Positions 36,540-50,803 are shown, counted from the stretch's first letter. The stretch: DNA of 64,000 nt from Octopus vulgaris (GCA_951406725.2 OX597816.1:103478001-103542000), one strand, 5' to 3'. Made by a program: numbers and translations. The notes: generated by a model not told the origin, from the letters alone.

Positions 36540-36770
36540 ACTTATTGTATACAGTGCTCAGATGCACTACAACTCATCAGCAAAATTAACCAAAGCTGCA
36601 TCAACATTGCATAGAATATGCACAAGAAGTGGACAGTGAAAAAGTCTTTAAAAAAATAGAAAAAGAAACAGGAGTGGGGGCGAATTTCAAGAGGCATGGA
36701 AGTTTTAAGGGATGTAGTATCTCGGCAGCTAAAAACTGATGAAGGTTGTTTATTCCATGGAAACAGCACA
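36540..36770 (-). mobile_element. CR1-clade LINE 3' end
   Basis: Minus strand PWNKQPSSVFSCRDTTSLKTSM resembles the CR1 C-terminal WN.LP..VV....SFK motif, followed by a short 3' UTR. Confidence 0.6.
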
Positions 36771-36923
36771 GAAGTATGTTTAAAGATTATTTTTACTTTT
36801 TTCTTTAATAGGACAAAACAAGTACTTTTATATTGATTACATTAAGAAACTTCTATAAAATATTACCAGCCTCGATGTTTATGTCCATATTAACAAATAT
36901 TTATATATATATATATTAATAGT

Positions 36924-37324
36924 TGCAGGAGTGGCTGTGTGATAAGTAGCTTGCTTACCAACCACGTGGTTCCGGGTTCATTCCCACTGCATGGCATCTT
37001 GGGCAAGTGTCTTCTACTTTAGCCTAGGGCTGACCAAAACCTTGAGAGCGGATTTGGTTGATGGAAAGTGAAAGAAGCCCATCGTATATATGTATATATA
37101 TGTGTGTGCGTATGTTTGTGTGTTTGTGTTTGTCCCCCCTAGCATTGCTTGACAACTGATGCTGGTGTGTTTATGTCCCCGTCACTTAGCAGTTCAGTAA
37201 AACAAACCGATAGAATAAGTACTAGGCTTACAAAGAATAAGTCCCATGATCGATTTGCTTGACTAAAGGTGGTGCTCCAGCATGACTGCAGTCAAATGAC
37301 TGAAACAAGTAAAAGAGTAAAAGA
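36924..37324 (+). mobile_element. SINE family A, full-length
   Basis: Same head, internal microsatellite and AGTAAAAGAGTAAAAGA tail as 17473-17894. Confidence 0.9.
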
Positions 37325-38429
37325 ATATAGGATCTTTTCAATCTCAGTCACAGATTTTTAAAATTAATTTGTTTTAACTAAACAGTTTGAAACTTCAGTT
37401 ACTGGTTGGATGTGGCACATAGAACATGGTTTACTCCTAACGTTTTTGAAAAAACTTTGTATTTTAGAAGTTATTTCATGTTAAAGTTGTTGTATTTGGG
37501 TAATTTTAACCAATCAATGATGTATATTCAGCTGAAAGGAATTACTGCTGTTTGCAAAAGTAATGGAAGAACAACAACTTTCAGGTCATCTATAGTAAAT
37601 TCATTTTTCAACCTCATGTGGTTTATTCGGTTTGTTCTTCAGCTTGGCTGCTGTGTCTTTGGATATTTTTGCCTGTAATTATTTTCAACACTCCATTTTA
37701 TTTTTGCTTAATTTTCACCAACTTTTGTTTACTTGCCTGTTGTATTTCTTTTTTGTATTTGCAAGTATGGCTGCAGCCAAATCATATAGACTCTGCAATT
37801 TACTCCTCTCTCTGCAAATTTATGTGGCGGAGAAGATACAAAAATGCGATCTTTTCAAAAAGATATTACAATGCATTGCAAGATTTTCAAATCTTGATTA
37901 AATGTATTCGTATACGTGTTTGTTGATGTATCTCTGCCTATTTATTTGTTATGCCTGCCTGATTTTTTTTTCTTCCTTTTCATTTGCCTATTTCCAATTA
38001 TTACTCCAGCCTGCTGAAGCCAGAATTTAAAATGAACTTTTTTAAGAAAATAAAATTAAAAAAAAATATTATTATGTTTAAAATAAGGCAGAAACGTTTT
38101 AGCTTAATGCAAGGAAATTTTTAAATTAAAAATATTAACTTAGATTTTAAAAATTTGCCATAAAATGCAAAAAACATGAAAAAAACAAATGATACACTGA
38201 ATGATGAATGATTTCAGAAATTTATTTAGCAAATTCTAACCTCAGCAGCAATATTTTAAGTTTTTTGCCTTTGTGTCCTGTACATTTCCTGCTAGTTTAG
38301 ATTTGGGTGGTTCCACAAGTTGCACATATTCCAATTTGACAATTTCCATGTATCCACTTCAAAAATTTCTTCACCATTTGAGGTCATATTCAAGGCTAAC
38401 TTTTTCCAGTATACTTAATTTCTCTTCAT

Positions 38430-38600
38430 TCCTTCTCTCTCTCTCTCTTTCTCCTCCCTCCTTTCTCTCTCTCCCTCTTCCTCTCTCTCCCTCTTCCTCT
38501 CTCTCCCTCTTCCTCTCTCTCCCTCTTCCTCTCTCTCCCTCTTCCTCTCTCTCCCTCCCTCTCACTATCTCTCTCCTTCTTTCTCCCTCTCACTCTCTTT
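38430..38600. repeat. Polypyrimidine (CT-rich) tandem repeat
   Basis: Repeats of CTCTCTCTCCCTCTTC; essentially purine-free on the plus strand. Confidence 0.9.
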
Positions 38601-39154
38601 TCATCCCACTGGAATGGAGAGAAAGCAAAAAGAACAAAGAAAAAGAACAGACAAACAAAAAAAAAAATGAAGGTTTTCATTTTTCCTTTGTTTATTTCAA
38701 TACTTCATCTATACAAGTCTCCAAACTGAATGGAGGGGAGTGACATCTTTCTGACATGTGAAGATAGAACAGATTCACTTAAAGTTAGAGGAAGGTGGGT
38801 TGGAGCTGGGTGCAACAAGGACATTAATGGTGCCTTTCTTAATCGCATACAAACATATTATGGATATTATTTATGTTGTAATAATGTAGACTCTGAACCA
38901 AACACCAGCTACTCTAGTAATACCGTAATGCCATAATTTATCAATGGTATTATGGTATTATAGTATTAATTTGTCTGTATAATATTAACTTGCATGAAAG
39001 ACCAAGCACATATGAAATGACAGAACAACTTGACATCAAAGACATCAGTTGAAGAGTACAAAAAGTGTGATGACTGGACGAGGATAGATATTAGAATGAA
39101 ATAGAATGAAATGCAAATGAAGGATGAGGAGTGTTTGGTATTAAATGTTTAGAG

Positions 39155-39230
39155 CAGTGTTTCTCAACCTTTTTACCCTTGTGTAACCCTTAAAATAAAT
39201 TACATGTCTCAAGGAACACCTGCACAAAAA
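39155..39230. mobile_element. hAT (Charlie-like) left terminus
   Basis: GTTTAGAG|CAGTGTTTCTCAACCTTTTT. No right TIR found. Confidence 0.5.
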
Positions 39231-39285
39231 AAAATTATATACCATATCTTTCTCATATTTTTTCATCATTGTTCACGTGGTAAAT

Positions 39286-39335
<50 letters not shown>

Positions 39336-42300
39336 GGTATGTATATGTAACAAAGTAAAGTTGTAAGGTACCGCACAAGTGGAAATATATATGAAAGAAG
39401 GTTTGAAAATGCAATTTGGAAGATTTAGTACAGCTAGTTTTGAGACAATTGGAAGTGAAGCTAGCCACAATGACACCCTGAAAAGATTTGAAAGTTTAAA
39501 AAAAAAAGAAAGAAAGATTGTAGTAGACACATGAAAGCAATGTTGCAAATAAATAAACATTAAAATCAGTTGAAACATGTTTGGGACATATTTTCCCCAA
39601 GCAAAGGCCATATTCACTACTTTTTGCCATTGAAAACATTTTTTGCTTTCAGCAATAGCTATTAAAAAACACCAACAATCATTTCAAGGCAACTTCTCTT
39701 AGTGGTGCAGGGAATGCATTTCTAGCTTCTAGCTATTATCAACATTATGTTCCACAAGACAGACAACTCTGAAATGACTCTGGAAACATTAATTTCCTTA
39801 TTGTGTATCAGCATCAAAGCATGAGCTGATCACACATAACGCCAGCCCAGCTAAAACAAAATATTTGTAGTGGGTATGCAAAAGTGGAGTTGTGTGTAAA
39901 GAAATATTTAGATTAGTTCAAATATGACTGGGACATATTTGAACTGCATAAAGGCTGTATTCACCATTTCAAACCAAGAGATTTTTATTAGAAAAAAAAT
40001 GATAATTAAATGAGCACAATTGTAAACAAAAACTTTGAAATAAAAAAAAAGCAAAGAAACATAAATAAAAGTTTGTGCTTTCATCATTTGGATATCATCT
40101 AGATAGATGATGCACAACTTATGGCACAATCAAAATCTATGCCACAACTATCAGGAGGGTTTTACATGTGTTGTTATATATCTTAGGAGAGAGATTTTAC
40201 ACATGATTTATTCTGCAACACACTTAACTTTTCTGTGTTGCAGTTTTGATGCTCATTTCTATTCCAGAGTCTCCTTCAAAATGACTCCAGATTATCCTAG
40301 TGAAGAGCATTTATAACCATGATGGTGTGGGTTTTCCAAGTGGTGATATACAAATTGTGGATTTAATACAAATAGTTGATAATCTTGATAACAAAGCTTT
40401 TGACTTACCACTTGCAATACCTGTGAGTGCTTTTCACCAACAGTTCCATTAGCTTTCAGCCAATCCATCATAAATTTTTTACTGGCCATTTGTTAATTCA
40501 CTATTCATTTTGCATCTATCGATAGTATCCAATTGTTCAACTTTTATCATAAACTGCTAATGTTTATATTTTATTTTTTGTTTTACTTTCTTCTTTTACA
40601 TTTCAATCAATCTCTATTTACTCTCATCGGTTATTGAATAGTAATTGCAATGCAATACAGTAAGATATTCAATGTCCAAAAACTGAGAGCTTTAATCTGT
40701 GTTTTTAAGGAACGTAATCAATTACAGATAAAGCTCAAGTATGTATGTTTTCTATTGACTTGTGTCATGAGCATTGATTAACCAAATCTCTGATCAAAGG
40801 TATCTCAGCTATGACTGACCTGCCTGTATTGCATATCATGGACTAAATTGTTCAATGTATGTTTATCTTATTTATATTTTTTAGTTGACAAGGCATGATC
40901 TGAGAATGAGGATTTGACTGCTATATATAGAAACTCTCTCATTTTCTCAACATGGTGTTGTGTTGCTGTTATTGCATAGCTTGAGGTAAGTACTGGTTGA
41001 GTAGATCTATGATTAAAAGCATTTCAGCCATGACCAATCCCATCTATCCTGTAAACCTAATACTACATTACACAATATTAAGACAATAAGATATGATTTA
41101 GGGAAAATTCAGTTACTATTTTTATCAAATCAAGCAACTTCATATAGGCTCCATTAATATTCACAGTATCTCTTTGCACTTACCATGATTGAAGGTTCTT
41201 TCTCTAGTCTTTTTGTATAATTAGTGTAAGTCTTGACTGATTTCAAAAATTTGCTAGAATTTCTCTTGACGGTTCCCTAACTTTGAGAGCTAATTTTAGT
41301 TTCCAATTTTGCCATGGTGTATGCATGTAGTGATAATCCACATGTTATAAACTAGTTTCATTTTACCTCCTGATACTGCAACAGTCTTCTTTAAATAAGC
41401 TCTTTTTTTCAACACAAAGATGACCAATTTTTTAAGATGCATTACCAGAACTTATTTTCACTGCATCACTAAATGTATGTCTATTAAATAAATGGTTATG
41501 ATATATTTATTCATAACCCACATTGTATTATTATTATTCTAATTATAAATGCCAAGTTGTCAACCCTGTTATATAATATAAATGAGTTTTGTCAATTGCA
41601 ATCTTGTTTATATTTTTATTAAGCAAATTGACACTATATCATTTCAACAATTTGAAAGACAGTTGCAGATGATCTTTGATGTTTTATTAAATACAAATCT
41701 ACTTGGTTCAAATTTCATTCCAAGCCACTAAAATGACTGTGGTCTAACCATGGACAGAAATTTAACAGTGAGGATAATTGGATAAATATGACAAGGTGTC
41801 AGAGGAGAAAGGGATAGGATAACATGAAACACTTATTTATAAGATTCTACAAGATGTTAATTCTTGACTGGTGTATAAATATCATTATCAATTGATACAA
41901 GACATTAACATTATGGGAGAAAAAATAGAGGAAAATTAAATGAAAGGATCAAAGCAATGACAATAGGAGAGTAAAAAAGAATAACAAAACTAATTAAGAT
42001 ATACAGAGTAGATTTTGACAAAATTACAGGCTATGAAATCTAAAATGCTATATCTCTAGCATTTAACATCTACAAGGAAATTAAATTGAAAGTAGCAACA
42101 GATTTGCCTCTATATTGGATCATAGGGTATTGCTTTTTGACAGGACCCTGTTTTTCATTTTGCAGGGTTGTGATTAGAAAGGAAGATGTGTATTAAGTGC
42201 TCACAGAAGATAATGAGGCTAGATATGAAAGACATAAATGTAAGAAGCTTCAGGGTTAGTAACATACAATTACGGAGAAATTTGATATGTACATGCTTGT

Positions 42301-42686
42301 CCCTCAAATATCTGCTGTGAGCCTTCTCATTTCTCTTCTTAATATGTTTCTCTAAACATGATGCCTGAATCTGATCAAATGAACTGTCAAATTACATTTG
42401 TAATAGTGAACTCAAATAATAAGAAATCTGTTTAAAAGGAGGATGTAGGTCTCCTCCTCCTCCTAGTCATCTTTGTTGCTGTTATTTTCATCATCATCGT
42501 CATCATTGTCATCAATGTCTTGACATCCATTTTCTCATGTTCATGTGGATCGAAAAGGTTTACAATACCATATCTCACCAATTGTTCTGACATTTGTTGC
42601 CTCATGATTGAACCTTAGTATCCAGAGATCTAATTTCATCCTATTATCAAAATATATATTTGACAGTGTGTATTTCTCTGTCTGCA

Positions 42687-42941
42687 TCTTCTTCTTCTTC
42701 TTCTTCTTCTTCTTCTTCTTCTTCTTCTTCTTCTTCTTCTTCTTCTTCTTCTTCTTCTTCTTCTTCTTCTTCTTCTTCTTCTTCTTCTTCTTCTTCTTCT
42801 TCTTCTTCTTCTTCTTCTTCTTCTTCTTCTTCTTCTTCTTCTTCTTCTTCTTCTTCTTCTTCTTCTTCTTCTTCTTCTTCTTCTTCTTCTTCTTCTTCTT
42901 CTTCTTCTTCTTCTTCTTCTTCTTCTTCTTCTTCTTCTTCT
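42687..42941. repeat. Uninterrupted (TTC)n/(GAA)n tract, about 85 units
   Basis: Directly visible pure triplet repeat of about 255 bp. Confidence 0.98.
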
Positions 42942-44384
42942 CCCTTCCCCTTTGTTTCTCTTATCGTTACCTCACCCTCCTTTCCTCACAAGTGAGAAAT
43001 AATTCTAATCCTGCTCAGTAAACACAATGATAGAAGGTGGGTGAGTAGTTAATATTGAACAGGTACAAGTAACATAAGCAATGTAATGGAATATCATATC
43101 AACATCCTTTTTTAAAGTGTGAATTGGTGTAGTGTTCACAGTGAGCATAGAAGCACCAAAATATACAATCTGCTTTGATAGTTTACTGTTGGTAGCAGAG
43201 GAATTTGTTTGTGCCATTATTTTTAGTTCATGAATAAGTCCAGAAATTTTTGGGACAGGACCCACTTACTTAACTGGTATTTTATTTTATTAGCCCCAAA
43301 TTAACATTTGAAAAGGGTCCCATGCTTGAAAAGATCCAGGGAAGAAGGTTGGTAGATTTTTATTAGGCAATATTAGCTATGATGCTACCTTGTCTTCAAT
43401 TATAAATCCATACACATCTGGGATGCATTATAGGAATATAAATCAAGGTGGCAAGCTGGCAGAATTGTTAGCATGTTGGACAAAGTACTTTGCAGCATCT
43501 CATCTGGTGATACATTCTGAGTTCAAATGCCACTCTGCCTTTCATCATTTTGACGTTGATAAAATAAGTGCCAGTTGAACACTGGAGTTCATGTAATCAA
43601 TTAGCCCTCTCCTCACAAAATTCCAAACCTTGCACTTATAGTAAAAAGAACTGGAAATGTCCCTTCCAGTCATATATAACCATGGGATTACACCTAGAAA
43701 GTTCCCCTCTGAGGCACAAGTCTGAGCAAAGTTGTTTATGGACGACCAGCCGTCATCCATGCATACCAGCCTCCCCTCACCATGCTACTGATAGTATCCA
43801 AGGGTAAGGCGAAGGCTGGTGCAGCTTGGCACCAGTGATGTCACAACTCATTTCTACATCTGAGTGATCTGAAGCAATGTGAAATAAAGTATCCTGCTCA
43901 AGAACAAAACACACAGCCCAGTCCAGGAATCAAACTCACTACTTCATGATTGCAAGCTTGATGCTCTAACCACTGTGCTTTCACAGTAGAAAGAATTAGA
44001 GGATATAGAAATCAATACCAGTACTTGACTGGTACTTTATTAACTCTAGAAGAATGAAGGGTAAAATTGACCTCAATAAGATTTGAACCTCAAAGGTAAA
44101 AATGCCTTAACTAAATTCTACTTCCATTACTTTAATAAATCCTGTTGAACCACAACCATAAATTTTGACAAGCAATTTCTTCTTGTGTGTACTTTTGGCT
44201 ATTATTGCTATTTTTCTTGCTGCTTTCTGTCACCTCTTTTACCCTTTTCCAATGAATTGTAGTTCACCTGAGCACTATATACAATTAAGCCCGTTCTCAT
44301 TAGATATTGAATAAATTCTGAGATGTATATAATAGTTGTAGAAGACAGACTGACTGCAACAATGTGAGAAAAAGGAACTGAATA

Positions 44385-44852
44385 TGATGTTGTTGTTGCC
44401 GCTGCTGCTGTAGTTGCCATTGCTGTTGTTGTTGCAATTGTTGCTGTTGCTGTTATTGCAGCTATTGTCGTTGCTGTCCTTTCTGCTTTTGTTGCTGCTG
44501 CTGTAGTTGTTGTTGTTGCTGTGGCTGTGGCTGTTGCTGCTGCTGCTGCTGCTTCTGCCATTGCTGCTGTTGTCATTGTTGTTTGCTTCAGCAGCTGCTG
44601 TTATTGCCGTTGCTGCTGACGTTATTGCTGCTGTGACTGATGATGATGTTGTTGCTGCTGCTGCTGTTGTTGTTGTTGCTGCTGCTGTTGTTATTGTTGC
44701 TGTTGTTGTTGTTACTGTTGCTGTTGTTGCTGTTGTTGTAGTTGTTGTTGTTGTTGCTGTAGCTGCTTTTGTTGTTGCTGCTGTGACTGCTACTGCTGCT
44801 GTTGTTGTTGTGTTATTGTTGCAGCCATGGATGTTTGTTATTGCTGTTGCTT
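44385..44852. repeat. (GTT/GCT)n cryptic triplet repeat
   Basis: Mixed GTT, GCT and GAT triplets; gives the low-complexity Ala/Val/Thr ORFs. Confidence 0.9.
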
Positions 44853-47800
44853 AGGCATCACTCAGTCCTGACTATTAATGAAAGTATTCTAGGATTACAT
44901 TATCTAATATCTCACTCTCTTTCCAAGGTGAATTTGAAGGAGATTTGACTACTATTTCTAGCAGAATAAATGACTGAGTATAGCCATGCTCAACAACTTG
45001 ATATGTATTGCCTGCTGCTGGTCTGTGTAATCTGAGAAAATATCTGGTTGCCAAAACATATTAGTTAAGGAGGTGCCCTCACATGGCCACAGTCTCATGA
45101 CTGAAACAAGTGACAAAAAGAAAAATATATTCAAAGTACTACTTCACTTCTATGGATATGCAATGATATATTGAATGATAAATGCTTGATTAAAGAAATA
45201 TAAGATGATAATAAGCAAGTTACTTGTGAACTAAAAAAGAGTTACTATCAAGATGGTGGATTTCATCAGAAAATGACTACCATTACAAGTGAGATGATAA
45301 ACAAAATTAATTCATATGAAATGATGATTTTATATCCTGTTCTACTTTAGGCACAAGGCCCAGAATTTTTGGGGAGTGGGTTAGTCGATTAGATCGACCC
45401 AGGCACGCAATTAGTACTTAATTTACTGATCCTGAAAGGATGAAAGGCAAAGTCAACCTTGGTGGAAGTTGAACTCAGAACGTAGAGACAGATGAAATAC
45501 CACTAAGCATTTCACCCGGCATGCTAACATTTCTGCCAGCTCGCCACCTTATAATGATTTTATATCGTAGCGGATATCAACATTGGGAGATTGTATGCTA
45601 TCAAGATTCGTGAGTTAAATCCTAGCTTGAGCACATGTTCATTTATATGGTGTATAATAATTCCTTCCATTATTGGCACAAGGCTAGTAATTTCAGGAGT
45701 GGGAGGTAGTTGATCACCTCTGCTTCAGTGCTTGACTGGTACTTATTTTATTGATCATGAAAGGATGAAAGGCAAAGTCACTCTTAGTAGAATTTGAACT
45801 CAGAAAATAAGGATGGACAAAATGCTGCTAAGCATTCTGTCTGAAATGCCAAGTGTTCTGACAGCTCACTATCTTGTATATGGCAAGTAATAATGAATGG
45901 AAATTAAACTATCTGAAATGTGTGAATGCAGGTATGGCTAAGTAGTTAAGAGGCTCACTTCACAACCATGAATTTCCAGGTTCGATCCTACTGAGAGTTA
46001 TCATGTGTAAATGAATTTAACTTAGCCTCTGCCTGACCCAACACCTACAAATGAATTTGCTTAGATGGAAACTGTATAGAAGCCCTCTGCAGACTGTACT
46101 TGTAATTCTTACTGTACCATGCTGATTCTGCTTGAGTATTACATGAACATTACATGTATGTGTCTGAAGAATACCCAGTCACTTCACAAGGTAATTCAAT
46201 GAGCAGGTTGTCCTATTGATCGAGCTACTGGATGCTTATATGTTGCAGTTAGTGTGTGAATCTATCATAATATGAAGTGCTGTGTTAAGATTTAAGACAA
46301 AAGTGAGAGGGAAAAAAAAAATGATGTTATAGGTTTGGAAAATGTTTTCACTGTGCATGAGATATCTTAACTCATCCAGCTGAAGCTAATGTAGAGATAT
46401 AAACATTAACTCAATGAAACGATGAGGACATGGATGCTGATGTGAATGGTAGTAGTGGTGGTGGTGGTGGATTAATGATATCAATAGAAACAGTAGCAGT
46501 GGTAATAATGGTGTTGGTGGTGGTGGTGGCAGTAGTGGGATGATGACAGTAGTAGCAGTGTTGATGACGATGAAATCTAAGGTTTAAAAAAATAATGTAT
46601 AATATATATTGTAGGATTAGTTAATCTAACCTATTTTCTGCCAAGAAATTAATGAAATAGCTATATTAATGTAAAACCCATAAAACAAAGTAAAAATAGA
46701 AAATTAATATTTTGTAAACTGTGGATGATTAATGACATGAAATGTTATAGGTTCTAGAGAACTCTTAATTTAACTATATTATATGAGAAGAATTAACTCT
46801 TGTAAATGGGAATTTTCTAGAGAACCGTTCTTATAAGGAAAACTATGATGCTATATCATGTTGAATGCAGATTTTTAACTTAATCAGTATTACCTCAATC
46901 AAAATAGAACCACTCTAACTAATTGACCAAATATCTTTTATTGACATCAACACAAGCAAATCAAAGAAGCAGAACAACTGTTGAGCAAACTATTTCTTTT
47001 AATAGCCATTAGTGGAAAGTGTAGCTTAAGCATCTTTCCTTTTAAAGAATAGTTAAACTGTCTCAGATATTTTTTCCTATAAATTGGGTCTTCTGCTCAT
47101 TCACCAGACACACTGATAAATTTAAACTTCAAACATTATATGAGTCTGACTAAATTATATAGCATCCTTTTAATGTTCCTGAACATCAGTTCTTTTAAGA
47201 GCATATTTACTAAAATGTAGGATTTAAGTGTAGACTACGGAGAATATTTGGCTTACATTTTGTTGTGTGTTCAAATCATATCACAATAGTAGGGTTTACT
47301 TCCATATCTTCCTTGGTTAGGTTGGCAAAAATAGGTTGAATAACATACATTATTTGAGAGAAGTTGCTTTCTTTCATGTTATTTGTAAGTAACCATTTCT
47401 TTATTCTTGTAGTGTTAAATTTGAGAGTAACTCTTCTTCACTAAAATATATTGGCCATTTAATGAGGATGAAATCACAAAAGACCATACCATAAACTCAG
47501 TACAATGTGTCATAAAGATTCCAGTTGAAATTATCATTTTCACTTTGGGTAAATTAGTGTACTGGAATCCATCTCTTACCAAATCAAATTCATAGAATGA
47601 TTTGAGCCGACACTTCAAGTTAATAAAATGTTCAACAGTTGTTCAGAACTAAACTATGTTACTGAGGCATATATTTATAGTTATATTTAGTGGACCCTTT
47701 TCAAAAGTTGAGAGCTATATGGAAAGACACTCATGATGGAATGCAACCTCAAAACTTTTGATTGATAAACCAACAGCCAATTAGACTCTTACAACTCTCA

Positions 47801-49611
47801 ACTTGCAGTAGTTTATAAAAAATGAATGATGTTGAACCAGGAACTATAGTGATTAAAGATAACAGAATTATATCTTATCCTAATATAAATTCTCCAATTG
47901 AGGAAAAAGTTCATCTGCTGTAATGCATGTTATGATTAGTTTTCATAAAGGAAGCAGGAGAACTAAAACAATAGAGTGACAGACTAAATAACAATATGAT
48001 ATTTAGTTACATCTGTCTGAATTCTGAATTAAAGTCAAGGTGGAGTCAATTTTGCTTTATATGCATATGGAAGTCATTTAAACACCTACAAACCTATGGA
48101 GTAAAGCAACAAGAAACACTTCCAGTGTGTTCTTCTTGAATAAACATTATGACAGATAGATTTAAAGTAGCAAGCTATATCGGAAGACAAGTAGATTTTC
48201 ATGATGTTATTAATATGTATCTGTCAGTTATTTTAGTAATATATCATATTAAAATGATCTTAATTAATGAAACCCCATATTGTGAAGATTCATCAAATAA
48301 GGATTCAGTCGGTTATATCCTCATACCTCTGCAAATGTGTGGTCTTGTATCTATGTTAGCAAAAAATATAAATGAAAAATTATGTAAATTGATGCTTTTA
48401 TTTACAGTTTCAGTTTGAAAAGAGAAAAAAGTAAAATTTTGAGTGTTCCAGTAAATAACGACTGCTGTTATAGTTGTTGCTTAAACTCAGGTTGGTCTGA
48501 TCTTAACTGTGCAAATATCTATGATCAAAAACAATCTAGCCATGACCATCTAGCCTTATTATTATTAGGGGTTTTGCATCCTCATAATCTGTGTAATTCC
48601 ATTTTGTTTTGAGAGGATTCAATGTGGCTTTGTGAGAGATTTTGCTTCTATTTCTAGCAAGTTGATCAATCACATAAAGCTCTTTGGCTTGTGATAACAT
48701 CTGTTTTCACAGATAATGTAGAAAAGTTGATAAACAATTTGGTTTCAAGTTTAGTTTAGCAAGCACATACAAATTTGAAAATATCACTTGTTGTGATTTA
48801 GTGAAAAGGGGTTAAGATTTTAATAACTTTTTTTCTTTAGAGGCAACAAGCAGAGATACCTGGCCTTGCTCGGGATTAAAATGGTATAGTTCTTTATTGT
48901 TTTACTTGTTTCAATCATGTGAGTGCGGCCATGCTGGAGCATTACTGTGGTAAAAAAAATCGATCACAGGATTTATTTTTTGTAAGCCTACTATTTGTTC
49001 TATCAGCATCTTTTTCCAATCCGCTAAGTTATCGGGATGTAAACACAACAACATCAGACAGTTTATTTCAAGACACATTTCACATTGTTCCAGTCCACTC
49101 AGCTGGCAAAAAGGAATAGTACCTGTAATTCAAAAGGCCAACCATGTCACATTCTCCTTGAGAATTACACTAAAGGTATGCACATCTGTGGAGTGCCCAG
49201 CCACTAATTTCACGAGCAGGCTGTTTTGTTGATCAGATCAACTGGAACCCTCATCATTATAACTGATGAAGTGCTGCCACTTATGAAGAATATTTGAGAA
49301 CTAACTAGCTTGCTCATGAATGCAATCTCTTCTTGTTCCCTGCAATGCTTCCAATTCAATCACCCACATAACTAAAGAATGCTAGAAAATGAATTTTATA
49401 AAGTAACCTTTTTTGTTGTTGTTATTGTTTAACCTCTAGTTAACCTTCATCAAACAGATCAGTAGTCAAGAGTGTTCCAGCCAAAAAATCCCAAATGTAT
49501 TTTCAGACACAGTGTATATAAGACTACATTACTAAATATGTGTTTTCTTTTTGTATATTATTAAGTCAATGATTCTCAAATGATGCATCATGAATTTTAA
49601 AAAATATTAGT

Positions 49612-49756
49612 CATCATTTACATTATTTACATTTGATGGATATTTATCCTCATCTTGTTTGTTGTTAACACGTTTCAGCTGATATACCCTTCAGCCTTCA
49701 TCAGGTATCTTGGGGAAATTTCGAACCTGGGTTCTCATTCCTAGGGTATTTTTTGA

Positions 49757-49821
<65 letters not shown>

Positions 49822-49890
49822 TCACTGTCTGGAATCGAACTCGGAATCTAGGGGTTAGTAGCCCGTGCTCTTAACCACTATACCATATGC
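49612..49890 (-). mobile_element. tRNA-derived SINE carrying a 3' hammerhead-ribozyme motif
   Basis: Minus strand: head GCATATGGTATAGTGGTTAAGAGC (A box) and GAGTTCGATTCC (B box), then (AAT)n, then GAUAC-CUGAUGA-A-GGCUGA(agggUAUA)UCAGCU-GAAA-CGUGUU at about 49666-49709. Confidence 0.75.
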
Positions 49891-50695
49891 TGAATTATGG
49901 GTGATTTGATGCTAAATAACAATGATAGTAACATCCTCATCAGTCTCATCGCCATTGTCCTTGCTGCTATCACCAACATCAACATTGACATTGGCAGTAT
50001 CAGAATTGGCACCTTTGACATCTTCAGCATTGGTATTGGTAGCAATGATGGTTTAATAATAGTGGCAATAGTGGTTATGGTGTCATTGAACTCAGCCTTA
50101 CAAATCTTTTCTTCTGTAATCGCTTCAATAACTAAACTCTGTTAACTTTCGTGTCCATGTTAACTATATTAAAAATGCATGAAAAACAATATACTGCTAT
50201 AATGAGGATTATGCATTGATATGTATGCCTGTGACCAAAATCTCTCCTACTATCACTCTTACTATTTACATCCACTATATCAATCTTGTTTAGTAATGCT
50301 TCCAAGGACAAAATATATTCCAGTATTGAACCAAGGAGCAGTGTAACACTCTTTCTCAACAGAGATATTTCAACAAACTACAAATAGCTTTATAAGTTGT
50401 AGTAATATTGTCATTAAAATGTGAATTCTTTTGTTAAATGAAATGAAATACATAAAAAAATCTACAAAGGAAAAATAACAACAATAACAATGGTTTTTGA
50501 CTTAGGCACAAGACCAGAAACTTGATGAGATAGGACTGGTTAATACGATCAATCCAGTACTTGTTCTATCAACTCCAGTGGGACGGAACACAAAGCTGAC
50601 TTTAGCAGCCTTGAAAATCAAAATATAAAGAATCAGAAGAAATTTCACAATGCATTTTTACCCATGCTCTAATGATTCTACCAATCTCTTACCTT

Positions 50696-50696
<1 letters not shown>

Positions 50697-50768
<72 letters not shown>

Positions 50769-50803
50769 GCTGCTGCTACTACTACTACTACTACTACTAC
50801 TAC

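Noticed and set aside
40292-40489. ORF MASKKFMMDWLKANG as a gene start
   Set aside because: More likely a heavily decayed CR1-type RT fragment (DWLK...GEKHS..LQV.S); too degraded to annotate.
42608-43021. Poly-F/poly-S ORFs and similar low-complexity ORFs (10363-10722, 23522-23814, 44208-44854, 50650-50910, 53349-54250, 55011-55510, 61271-63358)
   Set aside because: Open only because microsatellites lack stop codons; no splice or homology support.
46750-46830. Heat-shock-element-like GAAnnTTCnnGAG clusters
   Set aside because: Imperfect matches with no nearby promoter evidence; expected by chance.
49817-49890. Functional tRNA gene (also SINE heads at 17473, 22798 and 56393)
   Set aside because: A/B boxes are present but there is no proper acceptor stem or oligo-T terminator, and each continues into SINE body sequence.
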